The notes under the pieces are model-generated. The model saw nothing but the letters and a program-made list of their open reading frames with translations, was not told where the DNA came from and searched no databases. DNA of 64,000 bases from Dehalococcoidia bacterium (lineage in GTDB: Bacteria > Chloroflexota > Dehalococcoidia > Bin125). Position 1 is the stretch's first letter; every line of letters starts with the position of its first letter. Position numbers and translations under genes: made by a program. The stretch covers positions 2,848,001 to 2,912,000 of the forward strand of contig OY820591.1 of assembly GCA_963555985.3 (NCBI GenBank), in the 5' to 3' direction. Below are positions 1 through 8,798 of this stretch, piece by piece.

Positions 1-1
1 C

Positions 2-109
2 TATTGGCTGCGCTACCACGTGACCGGACGCATACCCGACTACGCCCTGCTGATGGTGATCGGCGTGGCGTTGGCAGGAGGGCTCGCCTTCCTGCTGCGG
101 GGCGGGTAG
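2..109 (+). CDS. nuoL: 3' fragment of NADH-quinone oxidoreductase subunit L (truncated by window edge)
   Basis: Frame 2 reads YWLRYHVTGRIPDYALLMVIGVALAGGLAFLLRGG*, resembling the NuoL C-terminus (xTGxxxxYA plus a TM helix); lies directly upstream of nuoM. Confidence 0.75.
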   Translation, partial: YWLRYHVTGRIPDYALLMVIGVALAGGLAFLLRGG

Positions 110-158
110 CGGCCTGGTCGGGGCAACAGCGTGATGGTTGTAGAGAGAGGCGCGCCGC

Positions 159-1676
159 GTGGATGCTGGTGAAGCACTGCTCCTGCTGTTGCTGATTCCC
201 GGCGCAGCGATGCTGCTCACGATCCTCGTGCCCTCGCGGCACGCGAATGTCGTGCGTTGGATCGCGCTGATCGCCACGACCGCGACGCTGATCGACTCGA
301 TCTGGATCTTCGCCGTCTACGACTTCACGGAGGGCGGCTACCAGTTCGATCTCCAGTACCCGTGGATCGAGAACATCGCCTTCCTGGGCGAGAACGGGAT
401 CTCGCTGCACCTGGCGGTGGACGGGATCGCGGCGCCGCTGGTCTTGCTGAACGGTCTGGTCGGGTTCGCGGGGGTGCTGGTCTCGTGGAAGATCACGCAT
501 CGGGTGAAGGACTTCTTCATTCTCTTCATGGCGCTGTTCGCGGGCGTCTACGGGGTCTACATCGGCCAGGACCTGTTCTTCTGGTTCTTCGCCTATGAGC
601 TGGCCGTGCTGCCGATGTACCTGTTGATCGTGATCTGGGGTTCGACCAACAAGGAATACGGCGCGATGAAGCTGACCATGGTTCTGGTCGGCGGATCGGT
701 GCTGATTTTCGTGGGTATCTTCGCAGTCTTCGCAGAGGCGGGGGCGGGCACGTTCGACATGGCGGTGCTGCGGGAGATCAACTTTGATCGCGGATTTGCG
801 AACACGTTCTTCCCGTTCTTCATGATCGGCTGCGGGGTGCTGGCGGGTTTATTCCCGTTCCATACCTGGTCGCCGGACGGCCATGTGGCCGCGCCGACGG
901 CGGTCTCGATGCTGCACGCGGGTGTGTTGATGAAGCTGGGCGCGTTCGGGGTGATTCGGCTGGGGATGGAGATTCTGCCGGCCGGGACCGACTTCTGGAT
1001 GCCGGTGCTGCTGGTGCTGGGCGGGGTGGCGGCGGTCTACGGCGCGATCTCGGCGATCCACCAGACCGACCTCAAGTTTGTGATCGGTTACTCGTCGGTC
1101 TCGCATATGGGCTTCGTGCTGATGGGTTTGGGGACGATGAACAACATCGGCGTCAATGGCGCGGTGTTGCAGATGTTCTCGCACGGCGTGATGACCGCCC
1201 TCTTCTTCGCCATGGTGGGCGGCCTCTACGACCAGGCGCACACGCGCGATATCCGCGTGTTCGGCGGCCTGATCCGGAAGATGCCGCTGTTCGTGATCTT
1301 CTTCGGGATCGCGGGGCTGACCTCGCTCGGCTTACCCGGATTGTCGGGGTTCGTGGCGGAGTTTCACATCTTCGTGGGCGCGATCGACACGTTCCCGCTG
1401 TTTGCGGCGCTGGGAATCCTGTCCGCAGCGATCACCGCCGTCTACGTCCTGCGCTTGATGGGACGGGCAGCGCTGGGTCCGTTCAACCCGCGCTGGGAGA
1501 GTCTGCGCGACCTGAGCCGCTGGGAGATCGCGGCGGCGATTGTGCTGATTGCGCCGATCGTGGCGATGGGCGTGTGGCCGGACCCGTTCGTGGATCGGAT
1601 CGCGCCCTCGGTCGCGGCGCTGCCGCAGATCGAGGACATCTCCGGGATCGTCAGTTCCGGTTTAGCTGGGCGCTGA
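159..1676 (+). CDS. nuoM: NADH-quinone oxidoreductase subunit M
   Basis: 505 aa polytopic protein with LAVDGI, FPFHTWSPDGH, AGVLMKLG, YSSVSHMG, SHG and LGLPGLSGFVAE motifs. Confidence 0.96.
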   Translation: MDAGEALLLLLLIPGAAMLLTILVPSRHANVVRWIALIATTATLIDSIWIFAVYDFTEGGYQFDLQYPWIENIAFLGENGISLHLAVDGIAAPLVLLNGLVGFAGVLVSWKITHRVKDFFILFMALFAGVYGVYIGQDLFFWFFAYELAVLPMYLLIVIWGSTNKEYGAMKLTMVLVGGSVLIFVGIFAVFAEAGAGTFDMAVLREINFDRGFANTFFPFFMIGCGVLAGLFPFHTWSPDGHVAAPTAVSMLHAGVLMKLGAFGVIRLGMEILPAGTDFWMPVLLVLGGVAAVYGAISAIHQTDLKFVIGYSSVSHMGFVLMGLGTMNNIGVNGAVLQMFSHGVMTALFFAMVGGLYDQAHTRDIRVFGGLIRKMPLFVIFFGIAGLTSLGLPGLSGFVAEFHIFVGAIDTFPLFAALGILSAAITAVYVLRLMGRAALGPFNPRWESLRDLSRWEIAAAIVLIAPIVAMGVWPDPFVDRIAPSVAALPQIEDISGIVSSGLAGR

Positions 1677-1679
1677 GGG

Positions 1680-3242
1680 ATGCCGATGGATCTCGAATAT
1701 GAACTGATCATCCCCGAGTTCATCATGGCCGGTTTGGCGGTCGTGGTGATTGCGGCTGCGTTGATGTTCCGCAACGTGGATCAGAAGTGGTTCGGCTACG
1801 CGACGGCGGTGGCGCTGGGGATCATCGCGCTGATTACGGCGATCGCGTACTGGGACACGAACGACGATTTTGCCAATGTGCTGGCGGTCGATCATTTCAC
1901 GGTGCTGTTCCGGGTGTTCTTCCTCGGGATCGCGATGTTCACGGTGCTGGCGGCGGTGCAGTTCGCCGGTGATCGGCTCAAGAATCATGCCGAGTTCTAC
2001 GGGCTGATCGTCTTTGCGACGCTGGGGATGATGCTGCTGGCGGCGTCGCGGGAGCTGTTGACGGCGTATCTGTCGTTGGAGTTGTTGTCGTTCTCGTTCT
2101 ACATCCTGGTCGGCTTCAACAAACTGAATCCCTTCTCGAACGAGGCCTCGCTGAAGTACATGCTGCTGGGCGCGTTCTCGTCAGCGTTGATGCTCTACGG
2201 GATCAGCCTGATTTACGGCGTGACCGGTACGACCACCTACAGCGGGATCGAGCCGGACGCGGTCGCGGCGGGCCGCAACATCGCCGACCAGTTGGCAGGG
2301 TTCGCGGGCGGCAGCGGCGGTGTGGATCCGGATGCGACGCGGCCCGGTCTGCTGATTGGGCTGGTGCTGATTACGGCCGGCTTGGGCTTCAAGGTTTCGG
2401 CAGTGCCGTTCCACCAGTGGACGCCGGACGCCTACCAGGGCGCGCCGCTGCCGATTACGGCGTTCCTGAGCGCCGGCGGCAAGGCGGCGGCGTTCGCGTT
2501 CTTCCTGCGGCTGTTCAGCGAGGCGTTCCTGCCGGCGGCGAACGAGTGGGTCTGGTTCGTGGCGATTCTGGCTGCGGTGACGATGATCACGGGCAACCTG
2601 ATGGCGCTGCAACAGACCAACTTCAAGCGGTTGATGGCGTACTCGTCGATCTCGCAGGTGGGATATCTCTTAGTCGGGATCGTGGCGCTGCACGCGGCCT
2701 CGGTCGCGCAGTCGCAGGAGGCGGCCTCTGCCCTGGTGCTGCACCTGATTGGCTACGTGACCACGAATATCGCGGTGTTCGCGGCGCTGATCGCGTTCTA
2801 CAACCGCAGCGGACGGGACGACATCATCGACGTGCGTGGTTTAGCGGAGCGTCAGCCGTTCCTGGCATTCACGATCGCGGCGGCGCTGTTCTCATTAGCC
2901 GGGATGCCGCTGTTCGCCGGCTTCGCGACCAAGTTCATCATCTTCCAGGCGGCCTTCAACAACGGCTTCCTCTGGCTGGGCGCGATTGGCGTGACCGCCT
3001 CATTCGTCTCGCTCTACTACTACCTGATGGTAATCAAGCAGATGTACCTGTACGAGCCGGAGGGTTCGGACCGGGAGCGGTTCCACATCTCGCGGCCGTT
3101 GGCGAGTGCGTTGGTGGTGTTGGTGGCCGGAGTGCTGTTCATCGGGCTGTACCCGACGCCGTTGTTCGATGTGATCCACGGCTCGACAGCGGGTCTGTTT
3201 GAGCAGGCGATTGAGGTGTCGGCGGCGGCGGTTGGGGAGTAG
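1680..3242 (+). CDS. nuoN: NADH-quinone oxidoreductase subunit N
   Basis: EASLKY, GFKVSAVPFHQWTPDAYQGAP, KRLMAYSSI and SLAGMP motifs; follows nuoM. Confidence 0.96.
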   Translation: MPMDLEYELIIPEFIMAGLAVVVIAAALMFRNVDQKWFGYATAVALGIIALITAIAYWDTNDDFANVLAVDHFTVLFRVFFLGIAMFTVLAAVQFAGDRLKNHAEFYGLIVFATLGMMLLAASRELLTAYLSLELLSFSFYILVGFNKLNPFSNEASLKYMLLGAFSSALMLYGISLIYGVTGTTTYSGIEPDAVAAGRNIADQLAGFAGGSGGVDPDATRPGLLIGLVLITAGLGFKVSAVPFHQWTPDAYQGAPLPITAFLSAGGKAAAFAFFLRLFSEAFLPAANEWVWFVAILAAVTMITGNLMALQQTNFKRLMAYSSISQVGYLLVGIVALHAASVAQSQEAASALVLHLIGYVTTNIAVFAALIAFYNRSGRDDIIDVRGLAERQPFLAFTIAAALFSLAGMPLFAGFATKFIIFQAAFNNGFLWLGAIGVTASFVSLYYYLMVIKQMYLYEPEGSDRERFHISRPLASALVVLVAGVLFIGLYPTPLFDVIHGSTAGLFEQAIEVSAAAVGE

Positions 3243-3261
3243 TTCCCCCTGGTTCTCTTTC

Positions 3262-3351
3262 CGTCATACCCGCGCCTGCCGCGGGTATCTCGCCGCGTAC
3301 AGCACCGTCGCCCGCAGATCGAGATTGCCGCGACGGAGCGCGGCAATGACG
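3262..3351. repeat. REPIN-like doublet of REP family A
   Basis: CGTCAT-ACCCGCG-cctgc-CGCGGGT-ATCTCG followed by inverted CGAGAT-TGCCGCG-acggag-CGCGGCA-ATGACG; lies between convergent nuoN and glnA2. Confidence 0.9.
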
Positions 3352-3384
3352 GAATTTTGCTTTGGATGGGTTTGACGGACGGCT

Positions 3385-4719
3385 TCAGAGCACGGGCAGG
3401 TAACGGCTGACCTCGAAGTCGGTGACGTGGGCGCGGTAGGACTCCCACTCGAGGCGCTTGTTTTCGAGGATGGTGGAGTGGACATAGTCGCCGAGCGCGG
3501 TTTGCATGAGTTTGCTGGCGGCGAAGGCGTCGATGGAGCGTCCGAGCGTGGTCGGCATCGCCTCGATGCCGCGCTCGACTCGTTGTTGGGGGGAGAGGTC
3601 GAAAACGTTGTCCTCGGCGGGTTCAGGCGGGATGAGGTTGGTCTCGATGCCGGCCAGTCCGGCGGCGAGCATGACGCTGAAGGCGAGGTAGGGGTTGGTG
3701 GCGGAGTCGGCGCCGCGATATTCGACGCGGGTCGCTTCGGGCCGCCCGGGGTGATATTCGGGGATGCGCACGAGGTCGGACTGATTGGCGCGGGACCAGG
3801 TGAGATAGACCGGCGCTTCGGTGCCTCTGGCGAGGCGCTTGTAGCTGTTGACCCACTGGTTGGTGATCAGGGTGAACTGGGGTGTGTGGTGGAGCAGTCC
3901 GGCCAGAAAGGAGCGGGCGGTGGGGCTGAGATGGGCGGGAGCGTTGTCGTCGTAGAAGAGGTTCCGTTCGTGCTCGAAGAGGGAGAGGTAGACATGCAAC
4001 CCGGAACCGTTGACGCCGTTGAGGGGTTTGGGCATGAAAGTCGCGTGGACGCCGTGTTTGATCGCGATCTCCTTAACTACGAGGCGGGTGGTCATCACCT
4101 GATCAGCCATCGTGAGGGCGTCGGTGTAGCGGAGGTCGATCTCGTGCTGGCTGGGCGCGGCTTCGTGGTGCGAGTATTCGACCGCGATGCCCATTTCCTC
4201 GAGCGTGAGCACGGTCTCGCGGCGCAGGTCGGAGGCGGTATCGAGCGGTGAGAGGTCGAAGTAGCCGCCGGCGTCGAGCGGCGTGGGATCGTCGGGCGAC
4301 TTGAAGTAGAAGTACTCGATCTGAGGGGCGACGTAGAAGGTGTAGCCGCGATCTTGAGCGGTTTCGAGCTGGCGGCGCAAGATGCGGCGAGGATCGCCCT
4401 CAAACGGTTCGCCGCTGCGGCGGTAGACGTCGCAGATCATGCGCGCGACGCGGTGCTGCTGTGGCCGCCAGGGGAGGATCACGAGCGTGTCGGGATCGGG
4501 CCGCGCCACCATGTCGGACTCGTCGTGACGGGCGAAGCCCTCGATCGAGGCGCCGTCGAATTCGAGGCCCTCTTCGAGCGCCTTGGGCAGCTCGTCGATC
4601 GTGATCGCGACGGACTTGAGCGAACCGAGCAGGTCGGTGAACCAGAGCCGGACGAACTTGACGTCGTGCTCGCGGCAGGCGTGGAGGACGTGTTGGAATT
4701 CGGATTCGCTGGGGTCCAT
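3385..4719 (-). CDS. glnA: Glutamine synthetase family protein (GlnA2 / GSI-alpha-like or gamma-glutamyl ligase)
   Basis: FDGASIEG, ESDM, HHEAAPSQHEI, ATFMPKP, NGSGLH, NSYKRL and RVEYR motifs. Start set at ATG 4719 because the longer ORF extends into a REP repeat. Confidence 0.9.
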   Translation of the reverse strand: MDPSESEFQHVLHACREHDVKFVRLWFTDLLGSLKSVAITIDELPKALEEGLEFDGASIEGFARHDESDMVARPDPDTLVILPWRPQQHRVARMICDVYRRSGEPFEGDPRRILRRQLETAQDRGYTFYVAPQIEYFYFKSPDDPTPLDAGGYFDLSPLDTASDLRRETVLTLEEMGIAVEYSHHEAAPSQHEIDLRYTDALTMADQVMTTRLVVKEIAIKHGVHATFMPKPLNGVNGSGLHVYLSLFEHERNLFYDDNAPAHLSPTARSFLAGLLHHTPQFTLITNQWVNSYKRLARGTEAPVYLTWSRANQSDLVRIPEYHPGRPEATRVEYRGADSATNPYLAFSVMLAAGLAGIETNLIPPEPAEDNVFDLSPQQRVERGIEAMPTTLGRSIDAFAASKLMQTALGDYVHSTILENKRLEWESYRAHVTDFEVSRYLPVL

Positions 4720-4758
4720 GGCGGATTCCGTAGGGGGTGCGGGGGTTATCCCGCCGGA

Positions 4759-4806
4759 CCCCCCTCTGTCGCTCCGCGACATCTCCCCCCGCATTGCGGG
4801 GGAGAG
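4759..4806. repeat. REP family B double hairpin
   Basis: CCCCCTCTGTCGCTCCGCGACATCTCCCCCCGCATTGCGGGGGAGAG; a near-identical copy lies at about 40150-40200. Confidence 0.88.
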
Positions 4807-4849
4807 AAGAGACTGAGCTTCGAGACAGGCTCCTTTGCGGGAGAGTGGC

Positions 4850-6268
4850 CTAGATGTGGTAGTAGTGGAAGAACTCGGCCGCGACCGGGTGCATGAAGAT
4901 GTCGCGCGACTCGGTCAGCTTGAAGTCCTGGTACTCGTCGATCAGGTCCTGGGTGAAGACCCCGCCTTCCATCAGGAAGTCGTGATCGGCGGCCAGCGCC
5001 TCGAGTGAACCTTCGAGCGAGTGCGGCACCGAGGGGATGCCGGCCGCCTCCTCAACGGAGAGCTCGTAGATGTCGGTGTCAACCGGGTCTCCCGGCTCGA
5101 TCTGGTTTCTGATCCCGTCCAGACCAGCCATCAACATCGCCGAGAAGGCGAGATAGGTGTTGGCGGAGGCGTCGGGCGGGCGGAACTCGAGGCGCTTGCT
5201 GTTGGGCGACGATTCGTAGGTGGGAATGCGGACCGCCGCTGAGCGGTTGCGCTGTGAGTAGGCGAGGTAGATCGGCGCCTCGAAGCCGGGAACCAGACGC
5301 TTGTAGGAGTTGGTGGTCGGCGCGCAGAACGCGAGCAGCGCCGAACCGTGCTTGAGCAGCCCGCCGATGTAATGGCGAGCGGTGTCGGAGAGGTCGGCGT
5401 ACCGGCCGCCCTCGTAGAAGAGCGGGGCGCCGTCCTTCCAGAGCGACTGGTGGCAGTGCATGCCGGTGCCGTTGTCGCCGTAGAGCGGCTTGGGCATGAA
5501 GGTCGCCGACTTGCCGTGGGCCTTGGCCACGTTGCGCACGATGTGCTTGTACCACTGGGTCTCGTCGGCCTTGTTGCGGAGCGTGTTGAAGCGAGTCGCG
5601 ATCTCGCCTTGGCCGCCGGTGGCGACCTCGTGGTGGTGGACTTCCAGCTCCATCCCGACTTCGCCCATCTTCTCGGCCATTTCCCAGCGGACATCGGCGA
5701 GCGTGTCGAAGGGGGCCGTGGGCGAATAACCCTGCTTGGGCGGAATCTTGTAGCCGAGGTTGCTTCCGCCCTCTTCACGGCCGCTGTTCCAGTCGGCCTC
5801 GTCGGACTCGATCACGTGGAAGGCGCGATTGATCGCGAGGGAGAACTGGACGTGGTCGAAGATGAAGAACTCCAGCTCGGGGCCGAAGAAGGCCTGGTCG
5901 GCGATGCCGGAGTCGATCAGATGCTGTTCGGCTTTGGTCGCCACGTAGCGCGGGTCGCGGCTGTAGCGATCGCCCGTGATCGGGTCGTGGACATCGCAGA
6001 TGAAGGTCAGCGTGGGCGTGTCGATGGTTGGGTCGATCCGGGCGCTGTCGAGGTCGGGGCGGAGGAGCATGTCGGATTCGTCGATGCTCTGGAAGCCGCG
6101 CAGGGAGGAACCGTCGAAACCCTGTCCGCGCTCTACGAGGTCTTCGTCGACCTTGGACGCGGGGATGCTGAAGTGCTGCCAGCGACCGATTAGGTCGGTC
6201 ACGAGCAGGTCGACGCGGGTGATCTGCTGTTCCTCGATCAGCGCCTGAATTTCGGCGAGTGTGGCCAT
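4850..6268 (-). CDS. glnA: Type I glutamine synthetase (GSI-beta-like)
   Basis: FDGSSLRG, HHHEVATGGQGEI, ATFMPKPLYGDNGTGMHCHQSL, NSYKRLVPGFEAP and NRSAAVRIP motifs; adenylylation-type DIYEL. Confidence 0.97.
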   Translation of the reverse strand: MATLAEIQALIEEQQITRVDLLVTDLIGRWQHFSIPASKVDEDLVERGQGFDGSSLRGFQSIDESDMLLRPDLDSARIDPTIDTPTLTFICDVHDPITGDRYSRDPRYVATKAEQHLIDSGIADQAFFGPELEFFIFDHVQFSLAINRAFHVIESDEADWNSGREEGGSNLGYKIPPKQGYSPTAPFDTLADVRWEMAEKMGEVGMELEVHHHEVATGGQGEIATRFNTLRNKADETQWYKHIVRNVAKAHGKSATFMPKPLYGDNGTGMHCHQSLWKDGAPLFYEGGRYADLSDTARHYIGGLLKHGSALLAFCAPTTNSYKRLVPGFEAPIYLAYSQRNRSAAVRIPTYESSPNSKRLEFRPPDASANTYLAFSAMLMAGLDGIRNQIEPGDPVDTDIYELSVEEAAGIPSVPHSLEGSLEALAADHDFLMEGGVFTQDLIDEYQDFKLTESRDIFMHPVAAEFFHYYHI

Positions 6269-6396
6269 CGCGGGGGTTCCCTCTCAGAGAATTCAGCCGC
6301 GCGCATCGGGGGCCGGTCGTCGGATGCGGGCGCACGGCTAGTCGGCGTAGCTGTTGTGAGCTTATGCACGGGTGGAGGGAGGAGGATGTGGCGAGG

Positions 6397-6412
6397 GTTA
6401 CGAGCCGATGAA
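6397..6412 (-). promoter_or_regulatory. Candidate GlnR box upstream of glnA
   Basis: Minus strand TTCAT-n6-GTAAC, a partial match to the actinobacterial gTnAc-n6-GaAAc box. Confidence 0.35.
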
Positions 6413-6447
6413 TTTTCTTGTTGGATTGCGGGGGGAGCGGGGAGCGG

Positions 6448-7128
6448 TCAGCGCAGCGGCAGCGCGAAGCGGTAGCCGACGTTGCGGACGGTCTCGATGT
6501 AGCGTTTGCCGCCTGCCTCGAGCTTGGAGCGCAGGCGGCGAATGTGAACGTCGACCGTGCGCGAACCACCGTAGTAGTTGTAGCCCCAGACGCGGTTGAG
6601 CAGGGTCTCGCGGGTGAACACCTGCTGGTTATGGGCCATCAGGAAACGCAGCAGCTCGAACTCTTTGAAGGTGAGCGTGATCGCGCGCCCGCTCTCGAAG
6701 ACCTGGTAGTTGGAGAGATCGACGATCAGGTCGCCGGCGGCGAGGGTGTTGCGGGCGAGCGCGCGTCCGTGCCGCCAGAGCACGAGCTGAACGCGGGCCA
6801 CCAACTCCGACTCGCGCACGGGCGCGAGCATGAAATCGTCGAGTTCCTGAACGGGATCGAGCAGCTCGATGATCTGCGGGCGAAGCACGGCGATCCGCAG
6901 CGCGTCGGGCCAGGCCTCCATCTCGATCGTGCGGCCCGAGGGGGCGACATCGCGCCAGTCGAGCAAGAGCACGTCGGGCGCGGCGGCAGGGTCGGGCTCG
7001 ATCCCCTCGCTGGGCGACCAGCGCACGACCTGGAGGCCGGCGCGTTCGAGCGGAGAGGTGAGCGGAGCGATGAATTCGGCGTCGTGGCTGGAGATTGTCA
7101 GGCGGAACATATCCGCACCATAGAACAC
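6448..7128 (-). CDS. glnR: OmpR-family orphan response regulator, GlnR-like
   Basis: Winged helix LTFKEFELL...VFTR..LL..VWGYNYYGGSRTVDVHIRRLRSKL...TVRNVGYRF closely matches actinobacterial GlnR; degenerate receiver domain; directly upstream of two glnA genes. Alternative start ATG 7110. Confidence 0.8.
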   Translation of the reverse strand: MFYGADMFRLTISSHDAEFIAPLTSPLERAGLQVVRWSPSEGIEPDPAAAPDVLLLDWRDVAPSGRTIEMEAWPDALRIAVLRPQIIELLDPVQELDDFMLAPVRESELVARVQLVLWRHGRALARNTLAAGDLIVDLSNYQVFESGRAITLTFKEFELLRFLMAHNQQVFTRETLLNRVWGYNYYGGSRTVDVHIRRLRSKLEAGGKRYIETVRNVGYRFALPLR

Positions 7129-7214
7129 GATCCCGACCGGCCGGGCCAGCCTTGTGTATGTGGGGCTACGAGCGTGGCGGCTATTGGCCCGGCGGCGTGC
7201 GATACTTGGAGTGC

Positions 7215-7289
7215 GCCGGCGTAGCTCAGAGGTAGAGCAACGGTTTCGTAAACCGTAGGCCGAGGGTTCGAATCCCCCCGCCGGCTCCA
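7215..7289 (+). tRNA. tRNA-Thr(CGT)
   Basis: Cloverleaf GCCGGCG/CGCCGGC, anticodon arm ACGGT-TTCGTAA-ACCGT, GGTTCGAATC T-loop, encoded CCA. Confidence 0.97.
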
Positions 7290-7353
7290 GGTTGTTTTGA
7301 AGGTTGCCTCCCTCCTGCGGTCATTCCTGCGCAGAGAGACCCGTGCAACGGGA

Positions 7354-7908
7354 TCAGTCGTTCGACTGGGATTGATGGACGCTCCGGAGCACGTTCACAG
7401 CCGGCAGTGACATCGTTTCGAGCACGAGTTGGCAGATCCTCTGGCCGGGAAACAGTTTGATGGTGAACGGTCCGGCGTTCGTCAATTCGAGCTGGAGCTG
7501 ACCGTCGAAGGTCGGATGAACCGTTGGCGCAGATTGATGAACGGACAAGCCGAGCCGTGCAAGTGTGCTCCGTCCTTCGACTCTAGCTGCCAGGAACGCG
7601 GGCAAGACGATGCGCTCCCGAGTCCAAGCGAGCGCGAAACCACCAGGTTGCAAGTCAAACGAATCACCCTCCTGCACGGAAACAGATTCGCTGAGACTTC
7701 CCAAGGCCTCCATGACTGCGCGCGAATTACGGGCATCGACAAGTGTCTCGACCGCCTCTCCGCCGCTCACTTTGGGCACACTGAAGGTATTGGCGAGGGT
7801 CAGATCGATGGTTGATGGTGAGACTGCTCCAAATGCGGGACTTGGATCAATTTTGAGCCGTCCAGATTGGATCAGTGACCAAATCTCGTGATCAGACAGA
7901 ATTGCCAT
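7354..7908 (-). CDS. dcd: dCTP deaminase (trimeric dUTPase fold), variant
   Basis: ILSD..I, PSTIDLTL, EGRSTLARLGL.VH, LELTN and PGQRICQL motifs; AGGAGAAGG RBS before ATG 7908. Confidence 0.85.
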   Translation of the reverse strand: MAILSDHEIWSLIQSGRLKIDPSPAFGAVSPSTIDLTLANTFSVPKVSGGEAVETLVDARNSRAVMEALGSLSESVSVQEGDSFDLQPGGFALAWTRERIVLPAFLAARVEGRSTLARLGLSVHQSAPTVHPTFDGQLQLELTNAGPFTIKLFPGQRICQLVLETMSLPAVNVLRSVHQSQSND

Positions 7909-8185
7909 ACGCCACCTTCTCCTCGGACAGCAACAGGCGTTGACCCGATGGAAAATCGACAAGCCAGTTCGACACGTCGGGAAAGGCTGTCCCCACCTTC
8001 ACACCTCGCACAAGATTCTCTGCCGACTTGCAGTGCGCCGGCTCAACGATGACGAGCCGTAGTTCGTCTCCCACCGCCGAAATCAGGCACGCGGTTTCCA
8101 TTTCCGAGAGTTTGCGAGTCTCTTCACATTTCACCCAGATGCTCTCGGGCACTTCCAGAAATCGCGGAACTTCGATTTCCGACAT
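7892..8185 (-). CDS. Hypothetical protein (97 aa) coupled to dcd
   Basis: GAGAGGGG RBS, upstream sigma70-like promoter, and stop codon overlapping the dcd start. Confidence 0.6.
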   Translation of the reverse strand: MSEIEVPRFLEVPESIWVKCEETRKLSEMETACLISAVGDELRLVIVEPAHCKSAENLVRGVKVGTAFPDVSNWLVDFPSGQRLLLSEEKVAYGNSV

Positions 8186-8202
8186 TCCAGGCCCCTCTCT
8201 TT

Positions 8203-8231
8203 AGTATCTCTGTTCTGTCATGGTAACTCAA
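8203..8231 (-). promoter_or_regulatory. sigma70-like promoter for the hyp-dcd pair
   Basis: Minus strand TTGAGT-N17-GATACT. Confidence 0.5.
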
Positions 8232-8309
8232 TCACACTACGCAGTCCAGTGCTCCCACCTTCTCCAGGCCCGCGCCTCCAGTCTTCATCGGTCGGGTTTC
8301 CTTCGATGG

Positions 8310-8651
8310 TCAGCGACGACTCGAACTCGAATATCCCGGCAGCGGCTCCGACGCCTGGTCTTGACCGTTGCTTTCGCGGGGCGGTTCCATGTGCGAGATG
8401 GGGACGGCGGGCATGGTGGTGACTTCGGCGCGGAGGCGGGCGCCGAATTCGACCGACCAACGAGCCACGGCGTCGTTGTCGGGGGCTTCGATGATGGCGA
8501 CGTAGTCGTAGTGCCCGAGCACGGCGTAGATGCCGAGCGGAGTGACGCCGGCGACGCTGACGGTTTGCTCGGCGATCAGCGGCTCGCGGGGGTTGGCGCG
8601 GACGAGGTCGAGGCCTTCGGGGAAGAGGCGGGTGAGGATGATGTATTGCAT
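8310..8651 (-). CDS. GYD domain protein
   Basis: MQYIILTRL...YAVLGHYDYVAIIEAPD...VTTMPA; GGAGGAG RBS before ATG 8651. Confidence 0.82.
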   Translation of the reverse strand: MQYIILTRLFPEGLDLVRANPREPLIAEQTVSVAGVTPLGIYAVLGHYDYVAIIEAPDNDAVARWSVEFGARLRAEVTTMPAVPISHMEPPRESNGQDQASEPLPGYSSSSRR

Positions 8652-8798
8652 AGCGAGGCTCCTCCTCCGGGGCAGGCTACTGCGGAAGGTGGGATAGACT
8701 CGTTCGGATGGACGTAGTAGAGCGAGCCGCCGCTCTTGACCTCGCTTGAGGCCGTCTCGATGGGCCGGCGGCGCCACGTCTGTATGCGGGGAGCTGAC

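Noticed and set aside
6270-6345. glnA leader hairpin as a glutamine riboswitch
   Set aside because: A stem-loop is present, but I cannot match the three-way junction and E-loop consensus by eye; this needs cmscan.
8266-8282. CCCGCGCCTCCAG as an attR duplicate of the tRNA-Thr 3' end
   Set aside because: A short gapped match in GC-rich DNA, with no integrase present.
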